Source: Acidobacteriota bacterium (GTDB lineage: Bacteria; Acidobacteriota; Blastocatellia; RBC074). Taken from it: a stretch of 64,000 nucleotides of DNA. Positions 1 to 9,322 of the stretch are shown here, in pieces; the stretch's first letter is position 1, and every line of letters starts with the position of its first letter. The notes beneath the pieces were generated by a model, which was not told the DNA's origin, did no database searches, and worked only from the letters and a program-made list of their open reading frames with translations. The stretch covers positions 2,168 through 66,167 of the forward strand of contig JANPFP010000152.1 in assembly GCA_031423495.1 (NCBI GenBank), given 5' to 3'. A program made the translations under genes and the position numbers.

Positions 1-205
1 ACCGACGAACTACGTCTAATGCTTGCCCTATGTAATAGACGTTACTGTCAAAATGAAGCAAATACACCCCGCATCGTTTCTTGCTCTTTCCGAATAGCTC
101 GGCAATCGAAATTCGACCACAAACATTATTGAGTGTTGGGAACCCAAGAAGCCTGATTATCTGCTTGTCCCTTTGGTTATAGTTGTTTGTTATCTTCGTA
201 AACAC
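1..205 (-). CDS. GIY-YIG nuclease family protein, 5' part only (runs off the left edge)
   Basis: Not in the ORF track. Manual minus-strand translation from GTG at 205 gives ...GRISIAELFGKSKKRCGVYLLHFDSNVYYIGQALDVVRR, matching the GIY-YIG signature (GVY...YIG...R). The segment is visibly AT-richer than its neighbours. Confidence 0.65.
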   Translation of the reverse strand, partial: MFTKITNNYNQRDKQIIRLLGFPTLNNVCGRISIAELFGKSKKRCGVYLLHFDSNVYYIGQALDVVRR

Positions 206-429
206 AGAATTTTAGAAACCTATGAAAGCGAACATGCATTCCAAGCAATGGTCGTATCACTTTTTCTATCATTACCACAAAAAGATTTGGGCAAAGGCCG
301 CATAACAATTCTGAACGACAGCGTGGGCGTAGCCCCATCAAAACTAGCGCCTATCGAAAAGGCGGAGCCTTTTCGCACATCACTGCGGCAAAGCCGCAAG
401 GATAGAACGAAATCAAATTCATCGCCGGG

Positions 430-1455
430 TTACCTTAGTTTGCCCACAAACTTGCCTACGCGCCCATCAGGCCCGACAGCCCAGCCGATGCCTTGCGCGA
501 ATTGCACGGCGTTGAATTTGCCGCGTCCCAAACCGATCCACGGCGAATGCGGCGCGAGCAGGTAATCAGAGCCTGACGTACCCGCCGCGACCCATACGCC
601 GTCAGCCCACACGACGCACGAACGAAAGCCATAAGGTTGTTCGTTAAGCAGCGTCCAAGTCTTGCCCCCGTCTTGCGTGAAAGCTGCGGCATTGGCTCCG
701 TCATCGGGTTTTTGATAATCGCCGCCGACGAGCATTCCATTCTTACCGTCTTTGAACGCAATCGAAAAAGCACCCGCCGCCGTGCCGTCTTTGCGTAAAG
801 GCGTCTCGCTCACTGCCCACGTTCTGCCGCGATCATTCGAACGAAAGACGCGCGCTGTGTTGCCGCCCGAAACGAGAAAAGCGTTTTGCTTGCCTTGCGT
901 AATCAAACACGTACCGCTGGCCGCAAAGCCGCCTTCGCCCGCGAGGGCTTCGGGCATATTGAGCTTGTCTATCGAACGCCACGACTTGCCGCCGTCGTCA
1001 GTGGTGAGAATTAAGAAACGTCCGTTGACGGGGTCGCTCATCGCCAAGCCGTGGTCTTTGTCCCAAAACGCGATGGCGTCGAAGAAGGCTTTTTCATTCG
1101 AGTTTTGATAAGACAGCCACCACGTCTCGCCGCCGTCGGTGGTTTTATAAATCCGCGAAGCCGCGCCGTTGCCGATGCTCAAAATATAAGCCGTATTGGC
1201 GTCAAAGGCTTCGATGTCGCGGAAGTCGAGCTTGTCGGCGTCGGGCACTTGCATGACTTGCCACGTCACGCCGCCGTCAATGGTGCGCAAGACCGTGCCG
1301 CCCGTGCCGCTCGCCCATACGACCTTTTCATTGACGGCGCTGAGGCCGCGCAACGAGGCGGTAGTTTTTATGTCTTGTGTCGTCCATTGCGCTTGCGCAC
1401 TGACGGCGCACCACAGACCAACCAACAGCATTGAGAAGAAGTTGAATCGCGTCAT
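430..1455 (-). CDS. Secreted BNR/Asp-box (YCF48-like) beta-propeller protein
   Basis: Signal peptide from MTRFNFF (ATG at 1455). Repeated Asp-box motifs RTIDGGVTW, KTTDGGETW, TTDDGGKSW, RSNDRGRTW, TQDGGKTW. Confidence 0.85.
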   Translation of the reverse strand: MTRFNFFSMLLVGLWCAVSAQAQWTTQDIKTTASLRGLSAVNEKVVWASGTGGTVLRTIDGGVTWQVMQVPDADKLDFRDIEAFDANTAYILSIGNGAASRIYKTTDGGETWWLSYQNSNEKAFFDAIAFWDKDHGLAMSDPVNGRFLILTTDDGGKSWRSIDKLNMPEALAGEGGFAASGTCLITQGKQNAFLVSGGNTARVFRSNDRGRTWAVSETPLRKDGTAAGAFSIAFKDGKNGMLVGGDYQKPDDGANAAAFTQDGGKTWTLLNEQPYGFRSCVVWADGVWVAAGTSGSDYLLAPHSPWIGLGRGKFNAVQFAQGIGWAVGPDGRVGKFVGKLR

Positions 1456-1579
1456 TTTGATTTTTGCTTTCTGAAAAAATAGGCAGCGCGAGCTTACGCA
1501 ATTTTGCACGGAAATGCACTTGCGCATAAGCTGACCGCGCTAGTTTCAATTCACTTTCAATCAGGAGAAAAGACCACCC

Positions 1580-2920
1580 GTGAAAATATTTGTTGCCCGT
1601 TTATCACTTACCTCATTGTGTTTGTTCATCGCCGCGTTGTGTTTCGTATTCGTGAAGCCACAAGCGCAAACCGCCCCCGCCACACAAGATGAAGCCGCGT
1701 TGCTCAAGCGCGCGCAAAAGCTGCACCGCGAAGCCATCGTGATTGATACGCATAACGATGTTACTTCTGAGCTTTTGGATAATGGCTTTGATCTGGCTGA
1801 CAGCGGCGTCAAAGCCGATGGCACGTTGAGAACGCACACCGACATCAAGCGCCTCAGAGCAGGCGGACTGGATGCGCAGTTCTTTGCCGTTTACGTAGAC
1901 AAAGACCTCGTCAACAAAACACCAGCGCAAGGCGGCGGCGCGGCGCGGCGTACGCTGGATATGATCGGCGTCGTTTATGAACAGGTCGCGCGGCATCCTG
2001 AAACTTTTGAAATGGCGTTCACGGCGGCGGACGTACGCCGCATCGTGAAGCGCGGCAAGATCGCTTCGCTGATGGGCATCGAAGGCGGTCACGCCATCGA
2101 AGACAGTCTTTACGCCTTGCGGATGTATCACCAACTCGGCATTCGTTACATGACGTTGACGCATACCAATACGAATGACTGGGCTGATTCCGAAGCCGAT
2201 CTCAAAAATCCGAACGTCAAACACCACAACGGCCTCAACGAATTCGGCAAGGCCGTCATCACTGAAATGAACCGCCTCGGAATGATGGTAGACATCTCGC
2301 ACGTCAGCGATAAAACGATGGCGGATGTTTTGGCTGTGACCAAAGCGCCGATCATCGCTTCGCATTCGTCGGCGCGCGCGATTGCGAATCATACGCGCAA
2401 CGTGAACGACGAAACGTTGCGCGGCATCGCTAAAAACGGTGGCGTCGTGATGGTGAATTTTTATGATGGCTTTATTGATCCGCGCAAAGCCGAACTCACG
2501 CTGGCTTCGCGCGCCAAGACCGAAGAGTTGAAGCTGCTTTATCCGCCGACCTATCCGAATGCTGCGGCCAAGGTGAACGATGAATTGCGCGCGTGGCGCG
2601 CGGCGCAACCCAAATTCGATAAGACGCCGCTGTCGGTGTTGATGGATCATTTCATTCACATCATCAAAACCGCAGGCATTGACCACGTAGGCATTGGCGC
2701 TGATCTCGACGGCGTACCGATTGATGGCGTACCGGTCGGGATGGAAGACGTGTCGAAATATCCGGTGATTACGTTAGAGCTTTTGCGGCGCGGTTACAGC
2801 GACAGCGACGTGAAAAAGTTGCTGGGCGAAAACATCCTGCGCGTAATGAGCGAATGCGAACGCGTCGCGCGCGAGATGCAAAAGGCGCAACCCGCGCCAA
2901 CGCCTGCGCGATTGAAGTGA
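1580..2920 (+). CDS. Membrane dipeptidase (peptidase M19, renal dipeptidase family)
   Basis: Motifs IDTHND, GIEGGH, LTLTH, DISHVS, IASHSS, HVGIGADLDG, plus an N-terminal signal peptide. Confidence 0.92.
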   Translation: MKIFVARLSLTSLCLFIAALCFVFVKPQAQTAPATQDEAALLKRAQKLHREAIVIDTHNDVTSELLDNGFDLADSGVKADGTLRTHTDIKRLRAGGLDAQFFAVYVDKDLVNKTPAQGGGAARRTLDMIGVVYEQVARHPETFEMAFTAADVRRIVKRGKIASLMGIEGGHAIEDSLYALRMYHQLGIRYMTLTHTNTNDWADSEADLKNPNVKHHNGLNEFGKAVITEMNRLGMMVDISHVSDKTMADVLAVTKAPIIASHSSARAIANHTRNVNDETLRGIAKNGGVVMVNFYDGFIDPRKAELTLASRAKTEELKLLYPPTYPNAAAKVNDELRAWRAAQPKFDKTPLSVLMDHFIHIIKTAGIDHVGIGADLDGVPIDGVPVGMEDVSKYPVITLELLRRGYSDSDVKKLLGENILRVMSECERVAREMQKAQPAPTPARLK

Positions 2921-3056
2921 GGGAGCGCGGACGTCACGTCCGCAAAAAATAAAAGCCGCGCAGCGTTCCTTTTCCCCGTCTCTTGCATTGCGAAAGATGG
3001 AATAAGGAAACGCGGCACGGCTTTTTTATATTGCGCTCGGGACGAGCGCGCTCCCT
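2920..3056. repeat. REP-like inverted pair (GGGAGCGCGGACGTCACGTCCGC ... GAGCGCGCTCCC) between convergent genes
   Basis: Terminal inverted repeat GGGAGCGCG/CGCGCTCCC with an internal hairpin GCGGACGT-C-ACGTCCGC. Confidence 0.6.
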
Positions 3057-3062
3057 CGTCGC

Positions 3063-4802
3063 CTAGCGCCGCACGAGCGTGAAATTATCTACGCCATAAT
3101 TGCTGCGCACATAACGGCTCTGGCTGCCCAGCGAATAAAGCCGCACCGGATTGTTGCCATCCGTCACCGTGAAGTTCAGTACGAGGCGCGTGTTCTGGCC
3201 GGGGCCTGAAGCAACCACGGCATTCGCCAGATTCGTGTTGAGGAATTGCGCGCCCAGCGTAACGACTGTGCCAATGCTCGGCGCTACGTCGGCGCTCAAG
3301 GTGTAATCGCCTGGCGCGAGCGTCAGGTCTTGAAAACATGCGTCGAGCAAACGGCGTCCGTAGGCGAGGAATTGCAAAGCGTACTGTCCATTCGTCACGT
3401 AAGCCGAATCAGTAACGATCTTGGCTCCACCGCCGCTGACATACCACGTTTGCAAACGCCAACCGGTGACATCGCCTGATTCAAAACTCGGGTTCGCCAA
3501 CAGGTTCTCGCCTCCGCTGGGCGGTGGCGTAGGCGTTGGCGTCGCGGTCGGAGTAGGAACCGGTGTTGCAGTCGGTGTAGGCGTTGCAGTTGGTGTAGGA
3601 GTTGCCGTCGGTTGCGGCGTCGGCGTCACCGTCGGTTGCGGTGTAGGTGTCGCCGTTGGTTGTGGCGTTGGCGTCACTGTGACGGTAGGCGAAGGACGCG
3701 GCGTTGGCGCGACGAATCCGCCCAGCTTGCGAATGGTGTGCGTGAAATAATCGCTCACAAAAATTTCGCCGCGCGAGTTGACGGCAATCGCGCCGGGGCG
3801 CGTGAAAATGGCCTGTGAAGCAGGGCCATCTTGCCAGCCTTCGACGCCGGTGCGTCCGGCAATCGTTCTGACCTGATTATCTGAGAGCGTCCATTTGCGC
3901 ACCGTCGCGTTGTGCCAGTCGGCAATCAGGTAATCACCGTTGCGGTCGCGCGTGATACCGGTGGCGAAAAAGAATCCGGCTTGCAACGCTGGGCCGTCGC
4001 CTTCGCCGCCGCCCGCGATGGTCGTCGTCGTACCGTCTTGCGTAACTTTGCGAATGCGGCTGTTGAAAAAGTCCGCGATGATGAGGTTGCCTTCGCCGTC
4101 AAGCGTCAGTTGCGGAGCCGCGCCGCTGAAACTGAACAAAGCGTTCGCGCCTTGCCCGTCGGCATAACCGTTATATTGGCCTGCCAGCGTCGAGACATAA
4201 CGCCCCGTATCAATCTTGCGCACGAGGTTTGAGCCCGAATCCAGCACGAAGATATTGCCTGCGTCGTCTACCGCAATGCCGCTGGGCCGCGCGAATTGCG
4301 CATTGCCTCCTACGCCGTTGCGCGTGCCATAAGTGCCGCCGCCCGCTACGGTCGAGACGAATCCGTTCGGCGCGATCATACGGATGCGATTGTTCGCATA
4401 GTCCGCCACGAAGATGTTTCCGTTACGATCAATCGCTACGCCGGCTGGGCCGTTGAAACGCGCGGCTGATCCGGTGCCGTTGGCAAAGCCTTGCGTGCCG
4501 CCCGCGATGGTGGTGACGACGCCTTGCGGTGTGATGCGGCGAATGCGTGCGTTGCGAAAGTCAGCGACGATGACGTTGTCGTCGGCGTCTACGCAAATGC
4601 CGAGCGGCGCGTTGAAGCGGGCTGCCGCGCCTTGTCCGTCGGCGAATCCGGCTTGCGGCGCTCCGGCAATCGTCGAAACGTAAAGGCCGCCTTGGGCTTG
4701 ACTGACTGAAACTTGAGAAGTGGTTGAAGCGATGAGGGCTGAAAACAACAACAGAGCCGCAATAACTAGCGGCGTGCGGTAATGGGTAAAATTCTTTTTC
4801 AT
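3063..4802 (-). CDS. Secreted NHL-repeat beta-propeller with Pro/Thr linker and C-terminal CBM4/9 (CenC)-like domain
   Basis: Signal peptide from MKKNF (ATG at 4802). About six NHL repeats (e.g. FNGPAGVAIDRNGNIFVADYANNRIR), a long PTPT linker, and NLLANPSFESGD typical of CBM4/9-like modules. Confidence 0.82.
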   Translation of the reverse strand: MKKNFTHYRTPLVIAALLLFSALIASTTSQVSVSQAQGGLYVSTIAGAPQAGFADGQGAAARFNAPLGICVDADDNVIVADFRNARIRRITPQGVVTTIAGGTQGFANGTGSAARFNGPAGVAIDRNGNIFVADYANNRIRMIAPNGFVSTVAGGGTYGTRNGVGGNAQFARPSGIAVDDAGNIFVLDSGSNLVRKIDTGRYVSTLAGQYNGYADGQGANALFSFSGAAPQLTLDGEGNLIIADFFNSRIRKVTQDGTTTTIAGGGEGDGPALQAGFFFATGITRDRNGDYLIADWHNATVRKWTLSDNQVRTIAGRTGVEGWQDGPASQAIFTRPGAIAVNSRGEIFVSDYFTHTIRKLGGFVAPTPRPSPTVTVTPTPQPTATPTPQPTVTPTPQPTATPTPTATPTPTATPVPTPTATPTPTPPPSGGENLLANPSFESGDVTGWRLQTWYVSGGGAKIVTDSAYVTNGQYALQFLAYGRRLLDACFQDLTLAPGDYTLSADVAPSIGTVVTLGAQFLNTNLANAVVASGPGQNTRLVLNFTVTDGNNPVRLYSLGSQSRYVRSNYGVDNFTLVRR

Positions 4803-5229
4803 AAGTTTTCTGATGATGGACACACTCCCGACGCAGCCTTGTTTAGATAGAACAACGCGCGCCGCAGCGGCTTTTAGGTGAAACGGAAATTTTCAGATCG
4901 AACATCCGCGCTGCGCTTGGGGAGTGTGGCGGATGATCGTGCGACGAATACAAGCTGGCGATTAGCGCCCGCTCTGATTGCCAAAATTAGGAAGCGGGTT
5001 GTACGCGCAACCAAAGTTTCGCGGGTGTGTAGTAGTGTAAGCAGGGAATGGATGCGATTAACTACGTAGCGTTACGTGTTTTTCGGCTTTTCTTTATTAT
5101 CACTGGCGCAAGGGCATAGCGTTTGTACTAAAGCGCCGCCCGGTTGGCAATGACGGCGGACGGGCTTGATGCTATCTTGTGCGCCGCCGATCTCACGTAA
5201 TTTTTAGAACTCATGAGGAGTCAAACACT

Positions 5230-6132
5230 ATGCGAAAAACGTTTTGCCAAGTGCTGTTGTTGCTGGCCCTGCCGCTCACGCTGGCGGCGCAAAACCGTTT
5301 GCCAAATCGGTTATTGGATGCCAAAGCCGACCTCGAAAAACTCATTGCCGCTAGCGGTGCCGAAACGGTCGGCGTAGCCATTTATGACCTCGACAACAAA
5401 CAAACCCTGTTGCTCAACGAACGCGCAATCTTTCACGCGGCGAGTACGATGAAACTGCCCGTGATGATGGAACTCTTTCGCCGCGCCAGCGACAAACGGC
5501 TGTTGTTGTCAGAGCGCATCGAAGTCAAAAACAAATTCTTCAGCATCATTGACGGCAGCGAGTATGCGCTCAACCGCGACGATGATAGCGACGAAGAAAT
5601 CTATCGCCGGATTGGCCAACCGATGACGATTCTCGAACTGACCGAACATATGATTACGATGAGCAGCAATCTGGCGACGAACCTGCTGATCGAAAAAGCC
5701 AATCCTGAAAAGATTGCCGAACTGCTCGCCAAGCTCGGCATCAACGACACCAAAGTCTTGCGCGGCGTCGAAGATCAAAAAGCTTTTAACGCAGGCAAAA
5801 ACAACACGACGACGGCTTATGATTTAATGCTGATGCTCAAGGCGTTGCACGAACGCAAAGTAGGGAACAGCAAGGCCTGCGAGCGAATGATTCAGATTCT
5901 CGGCGGTCAAAAATTCAACGACGGCATCCCTGCTGGGCTTCCGCGCAACGCCACCGTAGCCCACAAAACCGGTTCGATCACCAAACACAATCACGATGCG
6001 GCGCTGGTGATGCCTGCGTTGCGCAAGCCTTACATCATTGTCGTACTCACGCGCGGCATCGCCGACGAAAAGAACAGCGACAAACTCATCGCCGCCATTT
6101 CGCGTACGGTTTACGCGGCGCTCACGCCTTGA
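5230..6132 (+). CDS. Serine hydrolase, class A beta-lactamase-like family
   Basis: Signal peptide from MRKTF (ATG at 5230). SxxK (ASTMK), SxN (SSN) and KTG (HKTGS) motifs. Confidence 0.88.
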   Translation: MRKTFCQVLLLLALPLTLAAQNRLPNRLLDAKADLEKLIAASGAETVGVAIYDLDNKQTLLLNERAIFHAASTMKLPVMMELFRRASDKRLLLSERIEVKNKFFSIIDGSEYALNRDDDSDEEIYRRIGQPMTILELTEHMITMSSNLATNLLIEKANPEKIAELLAKLGINDTKVLRGVEDQKAFNAGKNNTTTAYDLMLMLKALHERKVGNSKACERMIQILGGQKFNDGIPAGLPRNATVAHKTGSITKHNHDAALVMPALRKPYIIVVLTRGIADEKNSDKLIAAISRTVYAALTP

Positions 6133-6139
6133 GTTGTCG

Positions 6140-6748
6140 TTATGGATTTTCGCGGTCGCTGGCTTGCATCGCATCGGCACGCTGGAAGAAATCGGTCAAG
6201 CCGCGTAAGGCCATTTGCGCGCCTGCTTCACCGAGAATTTCGGTCAGGTGTTCGGTCATCAACGAACGATCAACCAGTGACGGACGGCTGAGTAACCACA
6301 ATAAGTCCAGTTGGTCTTTGCTGCGTCCGGCCTGATATTTCAAGATCGCCAGCCATTCCGGCGTCAACACGCGCCAGCCTTCTGTGCCGACATCAGGGCT
6401 GACAAATGCATCACGCAAAGCGGCTTCATAAAAACTGCGAAAGAAATCATCGCGGACGATGACATCCACCGGAACGGCCTTGTCGCCCACCGTGACGGTA
6501 TAACTCTCGCCGCCGAAAGAGAGCCGCTGTGATGAGACGAGATTGGGCAAGCGTTCGGCCAGCAGGTCTACGTCTTGCGTAGCGCGCGCGTAACCATACA
6601 AGTGCATCGCTACGCCGCCCGCCAACGCCCACGCGATTTGTTCGCGGTCGAGCGCGGCGATGATTTCACGCGCCGCGTTGAGGGCTTCGTCAGTTGCCAG
6701 CGTTTGCGGCGGATTGAGTTGAATTGGCGTTTGTCGGGGTTGGTTCAT
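6140..6748 (-). CDS. Putative nucleotidyltransferase (AbiEii/DUF6036/MenT-like)
   Basis: ALAGGVAMHLYGYARATQDVDLL (GG...RxTxDxD) and LKYQAGRSKDQLD motifs. Confidence 0.75.
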   Translation of the reverse strand: MNQPRQTPIQLNPPQTLATDEALNAAREIIAALDREQIAWALAGGVAMHLYGYARATQDVDLLAERLPNLVSSQRLSFGGESYTVTVGDKAVPVDVIVRDDFFRSFYEAALRDAFVSPDVGTEGWRVLTPEWLAILKYQAGRSKDQLDLLWLLSRPSLVDRSLMTEHLTEILGEAGAQMALRGLTDFFQRADAMQASDRENP

Positions 6749-6760
6749 TGGCTCATTCAG

Positions 6761-7162
6761 TTATCGCCAGTTTTCGTAACGCAGATTGGGGATGGCGTGA
6801 AAGTCTTTGTCTGAGGTCAGCAAGATTAATCTATGGCGCAGCGCAATCGTGGCAATGAGTGCATCAACGGTTTCCAATTTGATACCGCTCTTTCGCATAT
6901 CAAGTTGTAAGTCTGCCGCATTCAAAGCATCCGTGGCGTCCAGTTCAAAGCACTTCATATCGCGCCGTAAGTTTTCCCACTCTTGCCGGTTCGCAATCGC
7001 GCGTGGCAACAGGCTCATACCCAAAACGGATTCGGTAATGACAGGAACCGTTACCGAAAAGTGATGGCCTGCCGCCATCGCGGTAATCACCTTTTGCCTC
7101 AATGGGTGATGCAGCGTCACCAACGTGGAAGCGTGGTTAGTATCAAGCAGGTAATGTGCCAT
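6761..7162 (-). CDS. vapC: PIN-domain (VapC) toxin
   Basis: 133 aa with YLLDTN at the N-terminus and DALIATIALRHRLILLTSDKDF at the C-terminus. Confidence 0.9.
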   Translation of the reverse strand: MAHYLLDTNHASTLVTLHHPLRQKVITAMAAGHHFSVTVPVITESVLGMSLLPRAIANRQEWENLRRDMKCFELDATDALNAADLQLDMRKSGIKLETVDALIATIALRHRLILLTSDKDFHAIPNLRYENWR

Positions 7163-7163
7163 C

Positions 7164-7562
7164 TCACAGATGCTCCTCAGCCAGTCGGTTGGCGATGGTG
7201 ATGGCTTTCATCTCTGCTTCCACCGCGTCCCACTGGCGGTTCCATTCCTGTTCGTCAAAGGGTTCGTTCGGATCTTCCGCTGCAATACTGGCAGCCAGAT
7301 ACGCCATCAATCTCTCACTCGAAGCTCGCAGGTCTGCTTCGCTGAATTGATTTCTGGGATTCGGTGGCGAGGCTTGAATGCGTTCAACCAGCCGTAGCAA
7401 CGAATCGTCTGCCGTTTCAACCTTCGCATCAGGCGCGAGGGGGACAGGCAAGGCTACAGCCAATAACGTCGCCGCAGCTTCATCCGCCGAACGCCGTGAC
7501 GTAAGGGCGTAGTCCTGCAAGCGCGCCGCCAGCGGTTCGGGCAAGGTAATCGTTAAACTCAT
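7164..7562 (-). CDS. Putative antitoxin with N-terminal ribbon-helix-helix
   Basis: ATG at 7562 after a GGAGG SD. MSLTITLPEPLAARLQDYA is RHH-like, the C-terminus is acidic, and the stop lies 1 nt from the vapC start. Confidence 0.7.
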   Translation of the reverse strand: MSLTITLPEPLAARLQDYALTSRRSADEAAATLLAVALPVPLAPDAKVETADDSLLRLVERIQASPPNPRNQFSEADLRASSERLMAYLAASIAAEDPNEPFDEQEWNRQWDAVEAEMKAITIANRLAEEHL

Positions 7563-7716
7563 TTCGGTTCCTCCTTTATTCTTTCGTAATCGCTTCATGA
7601 CGAGTGGTTTGGCGCATCATACGTGCCTGACAACAGTTCGCCAAAAACGCGATCAGGGAACGCCGTTTTCTTTTGATTCGCCCCAGCCATACTGAAAGGC
7701 GCTGCCGCGATTATAA

Positions 7717-9249
7717 TTAACCATCATTGGTGATCATAAGATCTACCATTCCATCCTCAGAGACGACCACAATAATGCAAGGCCAATTTTCTGATTTTGC
7801 GTAATCCAAATACCTAATCGCTGAGTTGTACCTAGAACCGCGCGCAGGGTTGCCTCTTTTCGACGCTAGGCCGTCTAGTATTACGCCTATTGCGTGACAC
7901 ATAGCATTTGGCTCAATAAGCATAGCTCCATCTATCGATGAAAAGGCTTGAAGTAGCTGAGTATCTAAAGAAACAGGTTTGATAATAGTAGATTGAGATT
8001 TAAGTCGATCAGCCTCTGTCGCCGCGCTTGGAGTGATTACTAGCATGGTTCCATGCTTTTGCAATTGTACATCACAAAATAACTGCCAAAGCAGGTCGAG
8101 GTTCAAAGCGCTAGCGTCGAATACTTCGGCGACTTTTTTCCTAAACATATCTTCAGTAATAAGTCTTGCTGAAAGGCTAGGTACGCCATATTTGACGACC
8201 ATCATCTCATTGTTGGCGTGTATTAATTTCCAGCTATGTTGGTTCGTAAACTCAATGATGAAAAGGTCTTCGTTTACTTCGTCGTAAGGCAGTTTGCTTA
8301 GGCCTCCTAAACCGTAAACAGTAGAGCTGTCGCAAAGAAGGTTAAGCTCGGTGGAAGTCATCTCCAAGAGTTTTCTTACCCCACGGAAGTCATTCATACT
8401 GAGAGCCGTTTCGAACTCTAAAGCTATTTCGATATTTGGATGCCCTTTTTTCGATATGAGCATTTTTCCTTTGCTTCCATTCCCTTCGTAGGGGAGGGAG
8501 GATATAGCATTACAAGGGTGAAACAAGTTTTCAGTCGATGCCTGGGCAACCCCTAAGTCGGAGGCTCTTTCAATGGTATTCATCAACCAAAAACCTGCGC
8601 TGCGGAGAAGCTCATCGCCGTTTCCAGGCAATGTAAACCACGCATCACTAGATGATATTCTCTCCGCCGAACTTGAAGCGCTGGCCAGAAAACCAGCTAT
8701 CGTCTCATGGATTAATGATGTTTTCTCGTACCCCAAAATAGATTTTTGACTTAGCGCGTAGTGCGACACAATTGCTGACTCTTTGAATCGCAGTATCAAT
8801 GAAATGCTATAGCCGAAAGCGAACTCAGGTCTAGTAGTGAATGCAGTGCCTCCTATTGTCTCACGATATGAGTTTAAAATATTTTGAATCGCTGTCTTAA
8901 CTTTAACTTTATCTTCATAAATATCGCTACGAACATCTGGGGCGATGTCTGTTAAGTATGATTCAGGGATGTCTTGAATTAATTTCTGGACAGGTTTAAA
9001 CCACTTCAGGTCAAAGTTACTCCTAATAGGTGTTAAAGACAGTTTCCTAGAAAACCAGTCCGTAGAATAATTGTACTCATTTGGCTCAACGAAAAGATAA
9101 GTTGAATTTGGTTGAAAGGGTATGGCGACGACAAAAACTTCTGGATTGAGGTTTGGATCTAATCGCTTGAATAGAGTTTTAGCTTCATTATTGGCAGAAA
9201 AAGCATGTACCCAGATGTTTTCTCGTAGCACTGCTTGAGTTATATCCAT
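7717..9249 (-). CDS. Diadenylate cyclase (DisA_N/DAC) domain protein with large N-terminal putative sensor region
   Basis: ATG at 9249 with GGAGG SD. The C-terminal domain has KHGTMLVI, SIDGAMLI (DGA motif) and RGSRYNSA (variant of the DAC RHR motif). The gene is clearly AT-richer than the host genes. Confidence 0.8.
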   Translation of the reverse strand: MDITQAVLRENIWVHAFSANNEAKTLFKRLDPNLNPEVFVVAIPFQPNSTYLFVEPNEYNYSTDWFSRKLSLTPIRSNFDLKWFKPVQKLIQDIPESYLTDIAPDVRSDIYEDKVKVKTAIQNILNSYRETIGGTAFTTRPEFAFGYSISLILRFKESAIVSHYALSQKSILGYEKTSLIHETIAGFLASASSSAERISSSDAWFTLPGNGDELLRSAGFWLMNTIERASDLGVAQASTENLFHPCNAISSLPYEGNGSKGKMLISKKGHPNIEIALEFETALSMNDFRGVRKLLEMTSTELNLLCDSSTVYGLGGLSKLPYDEVNEDLFIIEFTNQHSWKLIHANNEMMVVKYGVPSLSARLITEDMFRKKVAEVFDASALNLDLLWQLFCDVQLQKHGTMLVITPSAATEADRLKSQSTIIKPVSLDTQLLQAFSSIDGAMLIEPNAMCHAIGVILDGLASKRGNPARGSRYNSAIRYLDYAKSENWPCIIVVVSEDGMVDLMITNDG

Positions 9250-9322
9250 TCGTGTCCTCCGAGACAAGATAAATAGCCTTTATGCGTGTGGGAGTTCTTT
9301 CGATAATGTTTGCAAGGAGGCC

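Noticed and set aside
173-565. 130-aa plus-strand ORF at the left edge
   Set aside because: No recognisable motifs. It overlaps the BNR gene end and the minus-strand GIY-YIG frame, which has a clear signature.
3500-3720. Highly repetitive GC-rich stretch, considered as a CRISPR or DNA-level repeat
   Set aside because: It is the Pro/Thr linker codons of the NHL protein. There are no spacers and no cas genes in the window.
5230-6132. Calling this an antibiotic-resistance beta-lactamase
   Set aside because: SxxK, SxN and KTG are shared by many non-resistance serine hydrolases, and the omega-loop spacing differs from true class A enzymes. Activity cannot be inferred.
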